Part shown: positions 1 to 11,174 of the stretch, piece by piece | How positions within the stretch are numbered: position 1 is the first letter of the stretch | Layout: each line of letters opens with the position of its first letter | Assembly: GCA_951406725.2 (NCBI GenBank) | Contig: OX597816.1 | Location: 56,544,001 to 56,608,000 of the forward strand | Reading direction: 5' to 3' | DNA: 64,000 bases | DNA from: Octopus vulgaris | Taxonomy: Eukaryota | Program-made: the position numbers and the translations under genes | Notes under the pieces: model-generated | Databases searched by the model: none | What the model saw: the letters and a program-made list of their open reading frames with translations, nothing else | What the model was told of the DNA's origin: nothing

Positions 1-571
1 AATAACGAATATTTCTAATCTGTACGTTCAGATATAAAGAGACAAAATTACGATAAAGACAGACTGGTAGTTTTGATTTAGTTTTATAGATTTGATTTTT
101 GTGACCACTTACGAATTTTTTGTAGTTTTGTTCTGTAATTTATACTTTTTTACTACCATTATATATATAACTCGTGTTGCCTTCACTCTATACATTATTA
201 GGTGACGATAAAGTGTTAATTGCGCAAAGCTGTATATAACGATGAGAAACTGAACGTGAGCCACTCACCTGATGACATGCCGGTACACAGCTGTTCCTGG
301 ATCCTATATATTTATGTAATTAAGTATTGTAATAATTTATGTAATAGTATGATATGCAAAACTCAACAACTAACAGCCGTTACCACTCTACTGAAACACT
401 TGATGTGTTTAGCAATTAAAGCCTATTCAAATTTTTATATTAAATTCTGCATACCCTAACAGAGTTCCACATGTGTATCAAGTAAAAGGAATAACCCTGC
501 CGTATGGTGGCGTATGGTAGCCAATAACTGTTTAGGAGCTTTAAATGCACGTTATACTATTATTAACTACA

Positions 572-602
<31 letters not shown>

Positions 603-739
603 TAATTATATAAGGGTGAATAATGTGAGTTACATGTATATGTTATATGTGGAGTTATATTTGTAGAAAACTAGAAATAAGCGGTCTTTGACTGCTATTT
701 CTAATTTTTCGGTATGTGGCTAAGCAACCTGTTGCTTGC

Positions 740-812
<73 letters not shown>

Positions 813-815
<3 letters not shown>

Positions 816-1138
816 GTGGTGGCTGCCCCCTCGTTATCGAGTAAGGCCATTGCACGTAGCTTAATCAATGTTGTTATCGTGCAATGCCTGTGCAAGAAGA
901 TTTTTAAAGTGAGGAAAGGCTGTGCACTGAGTCAATTCCACTCACTAAGCAGCAGCAGCCATAATCCGAAAAAGAAGAACAAGTCAACATCATCGGTAAC
1001 CACTGAGCCGCAGGTTTATGTCGGAGTTATCCCAGTTACCTGAGTCACCTTCTCCTAGAAGGATGCCCTAACAAAGGCTAGGAGTCCTTCACTCCCAATG
1101 GTTTAACCGCGCGATCGGGTATTCAGTCCGATTATTTC
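813..1138 (-). mobile_element. Short non-coding element with an RTE-like 5' UTR motif, between microsatellites
   Basis: Minus strand TAGCCTTTGTTAGGGCATCCTTCTAGGAGAAGG resembles RTE-clade 5' UTR sequences (from recall, unverified). GC-rich island flanked by (TA)n. Confidence 0.35.
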
Positions 1139-1911
1139 TATATACATATACATACATGCACACACACAGTATATATGTGTATACAGATAGAGAGACACAT
1201 ACATACACACACACATATGTATACGTATACAGATAGAGAGAGAGAGAGAAAGAGAGAGAGAGAAAGCGAGAGAAACACAATGATATATGCATATACAAAC
1301 ATATCTAAATGCCAAAGTGAATGGCAAGTTAATAATAGTAAAGTATTGAAGCAGCACTTGGTAATGTTTGTAAGATTTAAATGTAATAAGAAGATGGTGT
1401 TTTTATTGTTGTTTTAGTTGCTCTTTGTTACTGTCAAGAGAATACTTCGTTTGATATGACGTTCGTTATTGCACTGAAGGTAAAAACTGGTTAATGCTGT
1501 AGAAATATGCTTTCAGAAGAAGAAAATAAATGACAGCTCTATGGAGGTTTGGGTTGTTTGATGAAGTAGAGTTTGTTGTTTGGGAAAGTTCAAGGTATTC
1601 CGGCTTGATGGAAGAAGGAATCTCGGAGGAAAAGCTGACAGAGGTGGGAAAGGAAAAAGGAAAGAAGTAAGGGTAGAATGATGGAAGGAATGAATATGAA
1701 TGGCGTATGGAGGGTGGGGAGCGAAGGAGGAAGGAGGGAAAGAAGGAAGGAAGGAAGAAAGGAAGGAGAAAATCGACTGGAATAAACATAACTAAGAAGA
1801 TAAGAAAATGTCAATAGCAAATATCTATCTTTATACACGCTTATGTGTGTTTGTGTGTGTGTGTGTGTGGCTAAGTATTCACAGTCGTAGATACACCCAC
1901 ATAGGCAAGTA

Positions 1912-1937
1912 AATAGGTAGATAGAAAGAGTGATAGG

Positions 1938-1991
<54 letters not shown>

Positions 1992-2041
1992 CATAGGTAG
2001 ATAGAAAGAGAGATAGGTAGATAGATAGATAGGTACATAGG

Positions 2042-2072
<31 letters not shown>

Positions 2073-2081
2073 GTACATAGG

Positions 2082-2141
<60 letters not shown>

Positions 2142-2164
2142 CAGATAGGTAGATAGATAGATAG

Positions 2165-2228
<64 letters not shown>
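1912..2228. repeat. (GATA)n and (GA)n microsatellite on the 3' side of the Tx1 pair
   Basis: Seen directly. Confidence 0.95.
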
Positions 2229-2229
<1 letters not shown>

Positions 2230-2230
<1 letters not shown>

Positions 2231-3560
2231 GTTTCTTTATTGGCCACATAGGGCTGCACACAGATGGGACAAGTTACAAAGTAGAGCTTTTCTTTTGGGG
2301 GATGGAAAAAAACAAAAAACAAAAAAAAGAAACAAAAAAAAGGTGTCGTAGGTTTTCGATCAAAGGGGATCGTAAGAGAGAAAAAAAGAACAAAAAATAA
2401 AAAAAAGAAAGAAAAAAGAAAAAAAAGGAAAAGGAACAAAAGAAAAGAGAAATGAAAAAAAAAGAAGAAAAAAAAAGGAAAGAAAAAAGGGGAAAAATAA
2501 AAACGATCAATAGGGATCGTGTATCACAGTGTTATGATGTATGGTGTAAAGGGGAAAGCAAGTAAGGTTTATCCGTGGGAAGAAAAGCCTACGAAAAAGA
2601 CCACGGTAACCTTGGTCAATATTGTTATATGTTACCACATTTGTTTGCAAGTAGGTAACCTTCTGTTTTCAATTTCTGGGTTCATAGGATTATGCTCAAG
2701 GTGGCTTCGTCATTCATACGTGCCATCCTTGCTACATTCACCCATCTTTCTTTAAAACATTCGCTAGACAAAACTTGCCTCTCTACTCTCACTTTCCTTT
2801 TCAAGTGGTACTTGAAGAAGTTGATGAGAGATTGACCAGAGAGGAAAGTGTTTGTCTCCAATCCTTTCAAACGCGTCCACCAGATACATTCTTTCGCCAT
2901 AGCCACAAGGATGATGAAAATAGCTCTTCCTTCCTGTTTGAAGGAAGGAGGCGTGACAATATTGACGATAGACTCAGCTGATAAACCGACTCGTCCCACA
3001 CGTGACAGCAGTTGTTCGACATAAGCCCACAGGTCGGAAATTGTTGGACACTGCACGAGTGCGTGCAGAACGGTTTCGTCGCTCTGACCGCATCTCGGGC
3101 AGGTCGGCCCCGTGTTTCTCGAGCCGTGTCTGTAGAGCTTATCCCGAACGGGTAGCGCTTCTCGGTAGCACTGCCAGGCCAGGGATCTCTGAAGTTGTCC
3201 TGGCCCGAAAGTCGTCCCGAACAGGCGGGTCAGGTACTCCTCGTCGACGTCCAGGTTCGCCCCGAGCTCGTCGTCGTACCTCCCCTCCACTAATCCCCTA
3301 TAGAATGCTTTGGTTGTGATGAAGTCACTCAAGATCGACCCAGGACGGCAGAGTTGCTTGAGAGCAACGCGACACTCGCGGTGCCATTCGCCCTTCCTCG
3401 GCCTCTTTTTGATCCACGACTGCAGTTCGGTCATGGAGACGAGCTGCGGGAAAGCGTGCCTCACAAACGGCGACCACACCTGTTCACCGTCGTCTACGAA
3501 GAGCCTGAGATGCCGCAGTCTCAGCGCGTGTCTGCGCATCATCAACCACGGCATGCCCAG
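2230..3560 (-). mobile_element. 5'-truncated Tx1/L1-clade non-LTR retrotransposon (sister subfamily of the adjacent full-length copy)
   Basis: ORF 2682..3554 aligns to the C-terminus of ORF 3933..6476, including the zinc finger CPRCGQSDETVLHALVQC. The 3' UTR ends in AATAAAGAAAC. Flanked by (GA)n/(GATA)n and a (GATA)3 spacer at 3563-3575. Confidence 0.92.
2682..3554 (-). pseudogene. C-terminal part of Tx1-like ORF2 (post-RT region and zf-RVT-like zinc finger)
   Basis: 290-aa open frame, clearly paralogous to ORF2 of the full-length copy; lacks APE and RT. Confidence 0.85.
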
Positions 3561-3876
3561 TCAGATAGATAGATAACTTTCTTTTATTAGCCACACAGGG
3601 CTGAATACAGAGGGGACAAATACAAATGCAGAGCTTTTCTTTTCGAGGGTGGAAAAAAGAAAATAAATGTAAGATTGCGATCAAAAGGGATCGAGAGGAG
3701 GAAAAAAAGAAAATAAAAGGAAATCGTGTATCACAGAAATAATGATAAAAACATTGATATAACAAGATTGGGTTCATCCGTGGGAAGAAAAGCCTACAGA
3801 AAAGACCACGGGAACCTCAGTCAGGAGGAAATAACCACATGAGATCAAAATGCTCTCTTTCTTTCTTTTTTACGAT

Positions 3877-6800
3877 CTACAGGATCATGCTCAAAATGGT
3901 TTCGTCACTAGCACGCACCATCTTTGCAACATTCACCCATCTTTTTTTAATCTTTCGCGAGACAAAACTTCCCTCTCCATTCTCACCTTCCTTTTCAAGT
4001 GGTACTTGAAAAAGTTGATGAGCGATTGGCCAGAGAGGTAAGTGTTTGTCTCTAATCCTTTCGCTCGGGTCCACCACACACATTCTTTCACCATGGCCAC
4101 CAGTACGATGAAAACTGCCTTGCCTTCCCGGTTGAGGGAAGGGGGCGGAGCAATTCTCACGATAGACTCGGCCGATAGGCGGATTCGTCCCACACGTGAC
4201 AGCAGCCGTTCGGCATAAGCCCACAGGTCTGAAATGGTTGGACATTGCACGAGTGCGTGCAGAACGGTTTCGTCGCTCTGACCGCATCTCGGGCAAGTCG
4301 GTCCAGTGTGTCTGGAACCGTGTCTGTAGAGCTTATCCCGAACAGGTAATGCTTCTCGATAGCACTGCCAGGCCAGGGATCTTTGGTGATTGTTCATAGG
4401 TCCCGGCCCGAAAGTTGTCCTGAACAGGCGGGTCAGGTGTTCCTCGTCGACGCCCAGACTCTGCCCGAGTTCGTCGTCGCACCTCCCCTCCACTAATCCT
4501 CTATAGAATGCCTTTGTTGTGATGGAGTCGCACAAGTTCGATCCCGGACGGCAGAGTTGCTTGAGAGCAACGCGACACTCGCGGTGCCATTCGCCTAGCC
4601 TCGGTCTCTGCTTGATCCATGACTGTAGTTCGTCCAAGGAGACGAGCTGCGGGAAAGCGCGCCGCACAAAAGGCGACCACACCTGTTCACCGTTGTCTAT
4701 GAAGCGCCGGAGATGTCGCAGTCTCAGCGCATGTCTGCGCATCATCAACCACGGCATGCCCAGCCCTCCATTTAGCGGGTGTTGACAGCAAATGGATCGC
4801 CTAACCATCGGAACGTTTCCCTTCCACAAGAAGCGGAAGAGTATACGTTCCAGTTTGGTGATGGTAGGGTCGGGACAAGGCACGACGGTCAGACGATACT
4901 CGATGACGGATGCGATGTACGCGTTCGCCACCTCCGCCCGACCTTTTAGGGATAGCTTTCTCTCAGCCCATTTCTGGGTGAGAGTAGCCACCCTAGTCGT
5001 TATCTCGCCCCAGTTCTTCTCCATTTGGAGGTCCGGACCGAACCAGACCCCGAGCAATTTAACCGGTCCGTCCGTCCAGCGTCCCACGATGGAGACGCTG
5101 TTGGACGGCATGGGCCTGCTTCTCCAGGTGCCGAGCCGCAAGCCCACTGACTTTTCCCGGTTAATTTTTGCTCCCGTTACCGCTTCGTATTCTTTTAGTG
5201 TCTCGCCGACCAGCTCGATGTGCTCGTAGCTCGACACTATGACGGTGACGTCATCCGCGTATGCAGACACGCTCCTCCCGCATCCCAGCTCTCGTGGGAT
5301 GCCCCTCAGCGTCGCCAGTTTCCGCAGTAGTGGCTCAAGAGTCAGTACATACAGCAGCGATGAGAGGGGGCATCCCTGACGAACCGAACGCATGATGTTA
5401 AAAGGTCTGGATAGATGACCATTTACGCGAACTACTGAGCGGATGCCGCTGTATAAGGCAGCGATCCAACCGCGGAAAACTGGACCGAAACCAGCCGCTT
5501 TAAGGACAGCCTCCAAGTAGTGATGGTCTACCCTATCGAAGGCTTTTGATTGATCCAAATTGATCAGCGCCCCACCCATGCCAGGATTCTTAACTACCCT
5601 GTCTATGATGTAGCGCATCAGATGGAGGTTGTCATGAATACTTCTACCCGGCACGGCGCATGTTTGCGCCTTGTCGATTAGTTTCTTGATGACAAGCGCC
5701 AACCTCTCGGCTAACACCTTGGCCAAAATTTTCAAATCTGCGTTGAGCAGAGTGATGGGCCTGAAATTATCTATGACGTCCCCCTTGTTTGGGTCTTTCT
5801 TAATCAGTGCCACTGCTCCTCGCTTTACAAAAGCAGGAATACTCCCGTTTTGCTGCCAGTTGCAGTAGACAGCTGCCAAGACGCCTCCAAACAAGTCTGG
5901 CATATGAAAATAAAGTTCGTAGGGCAGACCATCCAAGCCTGGTGACTTGTCTCTCGCGCAGCCTACCATCGCATCCTGTACGTCCGCAGCTGTGATAGGC
6001 CTTTCACAAGACTCCACCTCTCTTGCTGAGAGTCGTGGCAAGGCATGCAGGTAGGCACTAAAGTCCACTCTGCGTTCTGACCCACCACTTGTCCCAAACA
6101 GTTGGGTGAAGTGTTGTTGAAAAGCCCCACACATCCTTTTAGGCTCGAGCAATTCGCGCCCCTGTTCATCTATAAGAGACTTGATGGTGGCTCTGTTGCC
6201 TCGTTGCGTCTCCACCACTCGGGCCTCTTGGGCGGCTCCAACTCCTTCGTTCCTCAGAGCACGCATCCTAGCTCTGACAACGCATCCCTCGTGTTTGGCG
6301 TTGAGGTGTTGGTCGAGGGCCAATCTCGCCGCCAGCACGTTGGACGCGATGCCAGTTCTAAGTGCCTCTTCTAAAACCTTAACTAATTCTCCCTCTATTC
6401 TATTTCGGTCTAATGCTAGGGCTCTACTGTATCTGACTGATTCTGCTTTAATTGCTTTTTTAGGGCATACCACCATCTGTTGTTGATGATGGTACCCGTC
6501 AAAGCTCTCTTAACTAATGTGCTGATCCGGTCCCTGTAAACCTGTCGTGCTGTAAAAGACGCGTTCAGTTTCCAGTAACCAGGACCCTGCCTATGTGTCT
6601 TATCTAAGTCAAGTGTACAAGTCACAAACTTGTGATCTGTGTAACTGACTATATGAAATTGTGGACAACCTACACTATTTTTATCTATTGTCCTACAGAA
6701 TACTCTATCTAAGTATGATCTGGACGACCCGATGCGGTTACTCCATGTCCACATTGGCACATTCGGGTGGTCCAGTCGGTACCTGTCAGACAGTTGGAAA

Positions 6801-7312
6801 CGTCTGAGCAGGTCTTTGAGGCATTTGCATCCCCTTCTATTGCTATCTCTGCCCACGTAGTCTAGATGCGTGTCCAGGGTGGCATTCCAATCCCCCACTA
6901 AAAGTAAAGGACGAGACGTTCCCATGAAAGACTCTAGACGTCGAAAGAAATCTGGTCGGCCTGTTAAGGACGGAGCATAAACTGCTATCAGTCGAAAAGC
7001 ACACTCATTGCTGCCATCGACATCCAAAACGACCAGCCTACCCTCCGGGTCTAGGAAATTTGCTCTTACTTTGAGATCCAGACTCTTCCGGATAAGCACC
7101 GCGGTGCCACCTCCGCCCATTCTCGGTAGACACGGAGAAAAATAAATGTTGAAATGTGTACCGAAAATGTGCTGGAGTGCCCGCAAGCTGTGGAGTCTGG
7201 TCTCACTGATGGCTATGATATTCAGATTTAGTGACTTGATGTCATTTAACAGGTAGCCTTGTTTCCAAGGCGACCCCAAGCCACGTACATTTATACTGCC
7301 TATTCTGAGCAT
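3877..7312 (-). CDS. ORF2 polyprotein: APE endonuclease + reverse transcriptase + C-terminal zinc finger (two 1-nt frameshifts)
   Basis: APE motifs SINVRGL, ISETRL, VYAPS, VGDWNA, SYLDRVF, TDHKFV. RT motifs KSPGLDG, FRPITLLNADLKIL, LDQSKAFDRVDH, VRQGCPLS, AYADDV. Joined from ORFs 6416..7354, 3933..6476 and the end of 3877..4296; frameshifts at ~6455 and ~3945. Confidence 0.93.
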
Positions 7313-7378
7313 GTTCCGATAAAATTGTGTTTTACACACGAAAAGAAAGTGCAAAAAAGGAAAGAGAGAGAGAAAAGG

Positions 7379-9578
7379 TTACTTGTTGTTCGAAAGTCCT
7401 TTGTCTTTCACCTCACGGTCTTCTTCTATGAGGCTTTTGTAAAGTTTTTTCGATGAATACTTTTGAAATCTCCCTACTGCATCAGGGTAAAGAGATTTCA
7501 GGGTGCTGTATGTGTTCTGTGTTACGTGTATTATTTTAATGTGTTGTGGTGGTGTTGTGCGTGGGTGGTTACTTGTTTTTATGTCGTTTTCAGTTATGTT
7601 GGTGTTTGACCTAATGTGTTCCATTAGGTCGTGGTTGTTTGTGTTTATGGCTGTCAACATTGTTGGGGGTTTGATGATGGTGTGTTTGTGTTGATGTGTT
7701 TGTTTTCTGTGGATGTTTTTGTTTCGGGAGTGGTGTATCTTCCTGCTTTGTTTGTTATATTTTCTTTTCTTTTTTTCCCCTTTTTCTTCTCCCCCTGTGG
7801 CTATTTGCCAATCTTCTGTGTCTTCTTCGTCTAATGACAAATCAGAAGAATCAGAGCTTGGAAGAGGGAAAATATTGTGGTCTATTGTAGACTGTGTTGA
7901 TTTTGTTGTTGGTGTTGGTTGGTGAGCGTTTGGTTGTGGTGTATGCGGTTTTGGAGGTGGGGTGTGGGTATTTTGTGTTTGAGTGATTGTAAGTATTGTT
8001 GTGTTGTTTGGGGTCTCAATTTTGTGGGGATTTGTTTCTTCATTTTCGCTGAGTGTCTTTTTGGCAGATGTCCTTGGTTTGGGAGTTGGTTTATTCTTGG
8101 TTGTTGTTGTTGGTGATGTTGCTTCTGTTCCTGGTGCAGTTGGTGTGGTTGTTTGGTTGGTGAGGTTTGTTTTTGTTGGTTTTATGTGATTAGTTCTGTT
8201 CGTGCAAAACGTGGTGTGGGTAGTAAATCTGGTTTATTTGTTTTTTCCGGCTGCTGTTGTTGTTGCTGTTGTTTTCTTGCGGCAGATTTGCAGTCTTTTT
8301 TTAGGTGTTGCTCACTGCCGCATATGTAGCAACGTGGTCTTCTGCCATCGACGACCACATACAACTTGTGGTCTTCTGATACATATATCTGGGTGGGTAT
8401 TATTTTATGTCTTCTTGATTTATGTGTAGTAGAAATTCTATTTGTTTTCCCACCCAGTTTTTGTGCTCCGTGACCGTGGTTTCTAAAATATTGAAATTTT
8501 TCATTTTTACACATAAGGCCTTTACTAGCCATAGATTATTAGCTATTTTTGGGACATTGTTTCAAGTGATCTTAGTCACTTTCTGTCCTCGAAAGCTTGG
8601 TGTTAATGTAAGTTAATCTGAATGAAGAGTTAGCGTTGAGAAATGTCTTGCTAACTCTTCAGTGTGGAAATCCACTTGTATGTGTGCGAACTTGTTCCAC
8701 CAGGTCACATAGTCTTTGTAGTTCCAGATGGGTTTCAAGCATTTTTCTATTTTGCTTGTGTTAGCCTTCTCTGGGCTTTTTGTTTTCTTATTAATTATTT
8801 TATAAATAATTGTTCTTTTATTTTCATCTTCTAATATTTCTTCTGGTATGTTTATTTCACTATACCATCTAATTCTGTTATTGTAATGTTCGTGTCTTGT
8901 ATTTGTTGAGCAGTAAAATATACTGTTGTTTTTTTCTTTAATCGCCTCAGCGAAATTTGTTGTTGTTTTGTTATTTTTGTTGCTGGTGGTGATGTTGTTG
9001 TTGGCTGCAGTTTGTAAAATTGGTGTGTTTGGTTCGATTGTGCAAGTAGGAAGGGGTGGAAAATTATTTTCATAATTTATCCCTGTATTCGAGCAGCTTT
9101 TGTCAATTTGTTTGGTGGTTACAGTCTTTTGTTTATTCACTTCAGTTCTTGTTGTTGAAGTAGAACAGGTCTGAACGGAATTGTTGTTGTTGTTATTGTT
9201 GTTTTTGTTGTTGGTGGTGGTGTCAGTGGCAGAAGAGACAGCCGAGGCAGCAGATGTCGAAATGGTGGCGCAATTTTTATTTTTGTTGTCATTGTTATTG
9301 TTGTTGTTGTTGGTAGTTGAGGTAGTGGATGAGGTGGCGGCGGTGGTGGTGGTGGTGAAGGCGGTGGTGGTAACAGTAGTAGTCTCTATGTTGTTCTTGC
9401 TAGTGGCGGTGTTGGTGACAGGGTTGTTACTACAAGTAGTTGTAGCGTTCATTGCAGAGTCATTGATGATTTTACTTTGCGCGCAAAAATTATTTTTTTC
9501 TCCTAGCGTTTCCAGTCTAGGAGAAAGCTGGTCGATAAAGGAACGCGACCATCGTTCTACAATACAATTTCTTGACAT
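7379..9578 (-). pseudogene. Tx1-like ORF1 (nucleic-acid-binding protein, single CCHC knuckle), disrupted
   Basis: Pieces 8613..9662, 8182..8532 (CYICGSEQHLKKDC) and 7379..7840. Thr/Asn low-complexity N-terminus. In-frame stops at ~8613 and ~8565 plus a frameshift. Confidence 0.75.
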
Positions 9579-9785
9579 TTTGAAAATGCCGAGAAAGAAA
9601 TTACAAAAATTAAATAGGGTTGAAACTGCCCCTAGGGACGAATCCCTCCCTTGGAAAAGCACTCAAACGAAAGTTGGGTGCCTTACACAACTTATTTACA
9701 AAAATGTACACAAAAATTGGGCTATAGATAGTCAAAATAAACGATTACCTTCGGAGTCGAAGTGACAGCACGTCCACAGACAGAG

Positions 9786-9837
<52 letters not shown>

Positions 9838-9838
9838 C

Positions 9839-9933
<95 letters not shown>
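9786..9933. repeat. (GATA)n microsatellite on the 5' side of the Tx1 element
   Basis: Seen directly. Confidence 0.95.
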
Positions 9934-9936
<3 letters not shown>

Positions 9937-10649
9937 GTCGGCAGGTCCGGAAGGTCCGGAAGGTGTGTGTGTATGTACAATGAGAGGGAGTGTGTCAATA
10001 GCTTGCAGTCAGGTAGATTGTTTAATTAATATTACTTTTAGATTGTTTTAATTAACATTTATGTATGAGTATTTATAGAATTATCCATTAATGAAGCTAA
10101 TTTTGATAGTTTCTATTATTGCAACATGTGTGTAATTGTATCAGTTATGTTCTAAATTAATGAAGATCACCAGATTTAAGTTATCAACCTTATAACACTC
10201 TTTCTTCAGAATGGTAGTAATACTGTCTGGTTCCAATAGCGTTAAATAGTGTTAATCATTTTGGAAATGCAATTGGTCAAATTTTTAATCAAATGAAATT
10301 GTTCGATCTTCTTCACTATTCTGTTGAACAATCGATTAAAATCAATAAATAACTGCCACTTTATCGATCCCCTCTCTAAGTGTTTCATCTCTATTTTGCT
10401 TTGTTTCTTCGAGTGGAGTGGGGAAAAAATAGCCATATCTGGTATTTTGAGAATCAAAGACGCCATCCGCAGAAAAGCAAACAAACTAACAAACAATAGT
10501 TAAGCTAAATTTGGTGTATTTCATGTATGAAGCATTGTGAATTCTAACTAAAAATATTTAAACAGTTATCAAAATGGAAGTTGGTCCATAACATATATTT
10601 ATATTATTTACATTTGACGGATATTTGTCCTCATCTTGTTTGTTGTTAT

Positions 10650-10691
10650 CACGACGTTTCGGCTCATATACCCTCCAGCCTTCATCAGGTG
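10650..10691 (-). ncRNA. Minimal type I hammerhead ribozyme motif
   Basis: cac-CTGATGA-a-ggct..agcc-GAAAC-GTC-gtg; helix III is palindromic ACGT (dimer-type). Confidence 0.7.
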
Positions 10692-11042
10692 TCCTGTGGG
10701 AAATTCGAACCTGAGTTCTCATTTCTAAGGTATTTTTCCGATGTTAGTATTATTATTATTATTATTATTATTCAGGTCACCACCTGGAATCGAACTCGGA
10801 ATACATAGGGTTAGTAGCCCGCTCTCTTAACCACTACGCCATATGCCTGTGGGCAAATATGGAGTGATTTTTAGGGCTTATCTAATATTTTCCTATCCTT
10901 CCTTAATACCGGTTCCCATATGCTACGCATATCTGTACTAGGTCGGCTTAGGAGGTTATTATTATTATTATTATTCAGGTTACTGCCTGGAATGGAAGTC
11001 GGAATCTTGGGGTTCGAAACCCAGGTTCGAAATTCACCCTGT

Positions 11043-11086
11043 ACATCTGATGAAGGCTGGAGAGTACATCAGCCGAAACGTTGTGT
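11043..11086 (+). ncRNA. Minimal type I hammerhead ribozyme motif (inverted copy)
   Basis: acat-CTGATGA-a-ggctg..cagcc-GAAAC-GTT-gtgt. Confidence 0.65.
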
Positions 11087-11174
11087 TAACAATAAACAAG
11101 ATGAGGACTAATATCCGTCAAATGTAAATAATGTAAATGATGTACATAATTCCTCAACTCTCAAATATAGACAT

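Larger units (their letters stand above)
3575..9780 (-). mobile_element. Full-length Tx1/L1-clade non-LTR retrotransposon (ORF1 + APE-RT ORF2)
   Basis: ORF1 with a CCHC knuckle; ORF2 with APE and RT; 3' UTR ending AATAAAAGAAAG; 5' end abuts (GATA)n at 9786-9933. Confidence 0.95.
10597..11170 (-). mobile_element. tRNA-headed, hammerhead-bearing SINE-like/retrozyme element with an inverted partial duplicate
   Basis: Minus strand 10847->10772 has A-box TGGCGTAGTGG and B-box GAGTTCGATTCC, then (AAT)n, then a hammerhead at 10691->10650. Region 10597-10720 is repeated inverted at 11015-11138; a partial second head lies at 10958-11012. Confidence 0.7.

Noticed and set aside
261-300. CTGATGA..CACAGCTGTT hammerhead-like motif (and a GAAACAGCTGTA half-site at ~26050)
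   Set aside because: One half of the catalytic core is missing in each case; at most decayed relics.
1020-1138. HDV-like ribozyme expected at an RTE 5' end
   Set aside because: Could not build the nested double pseudoknot; only simple hairpins are visible.
10772-10847. Possible tRNA gene (also other SINE heads)
   Set aside because: Acceptor stem does not pair; embedded in repeat bodies, so treated as SINE heads.
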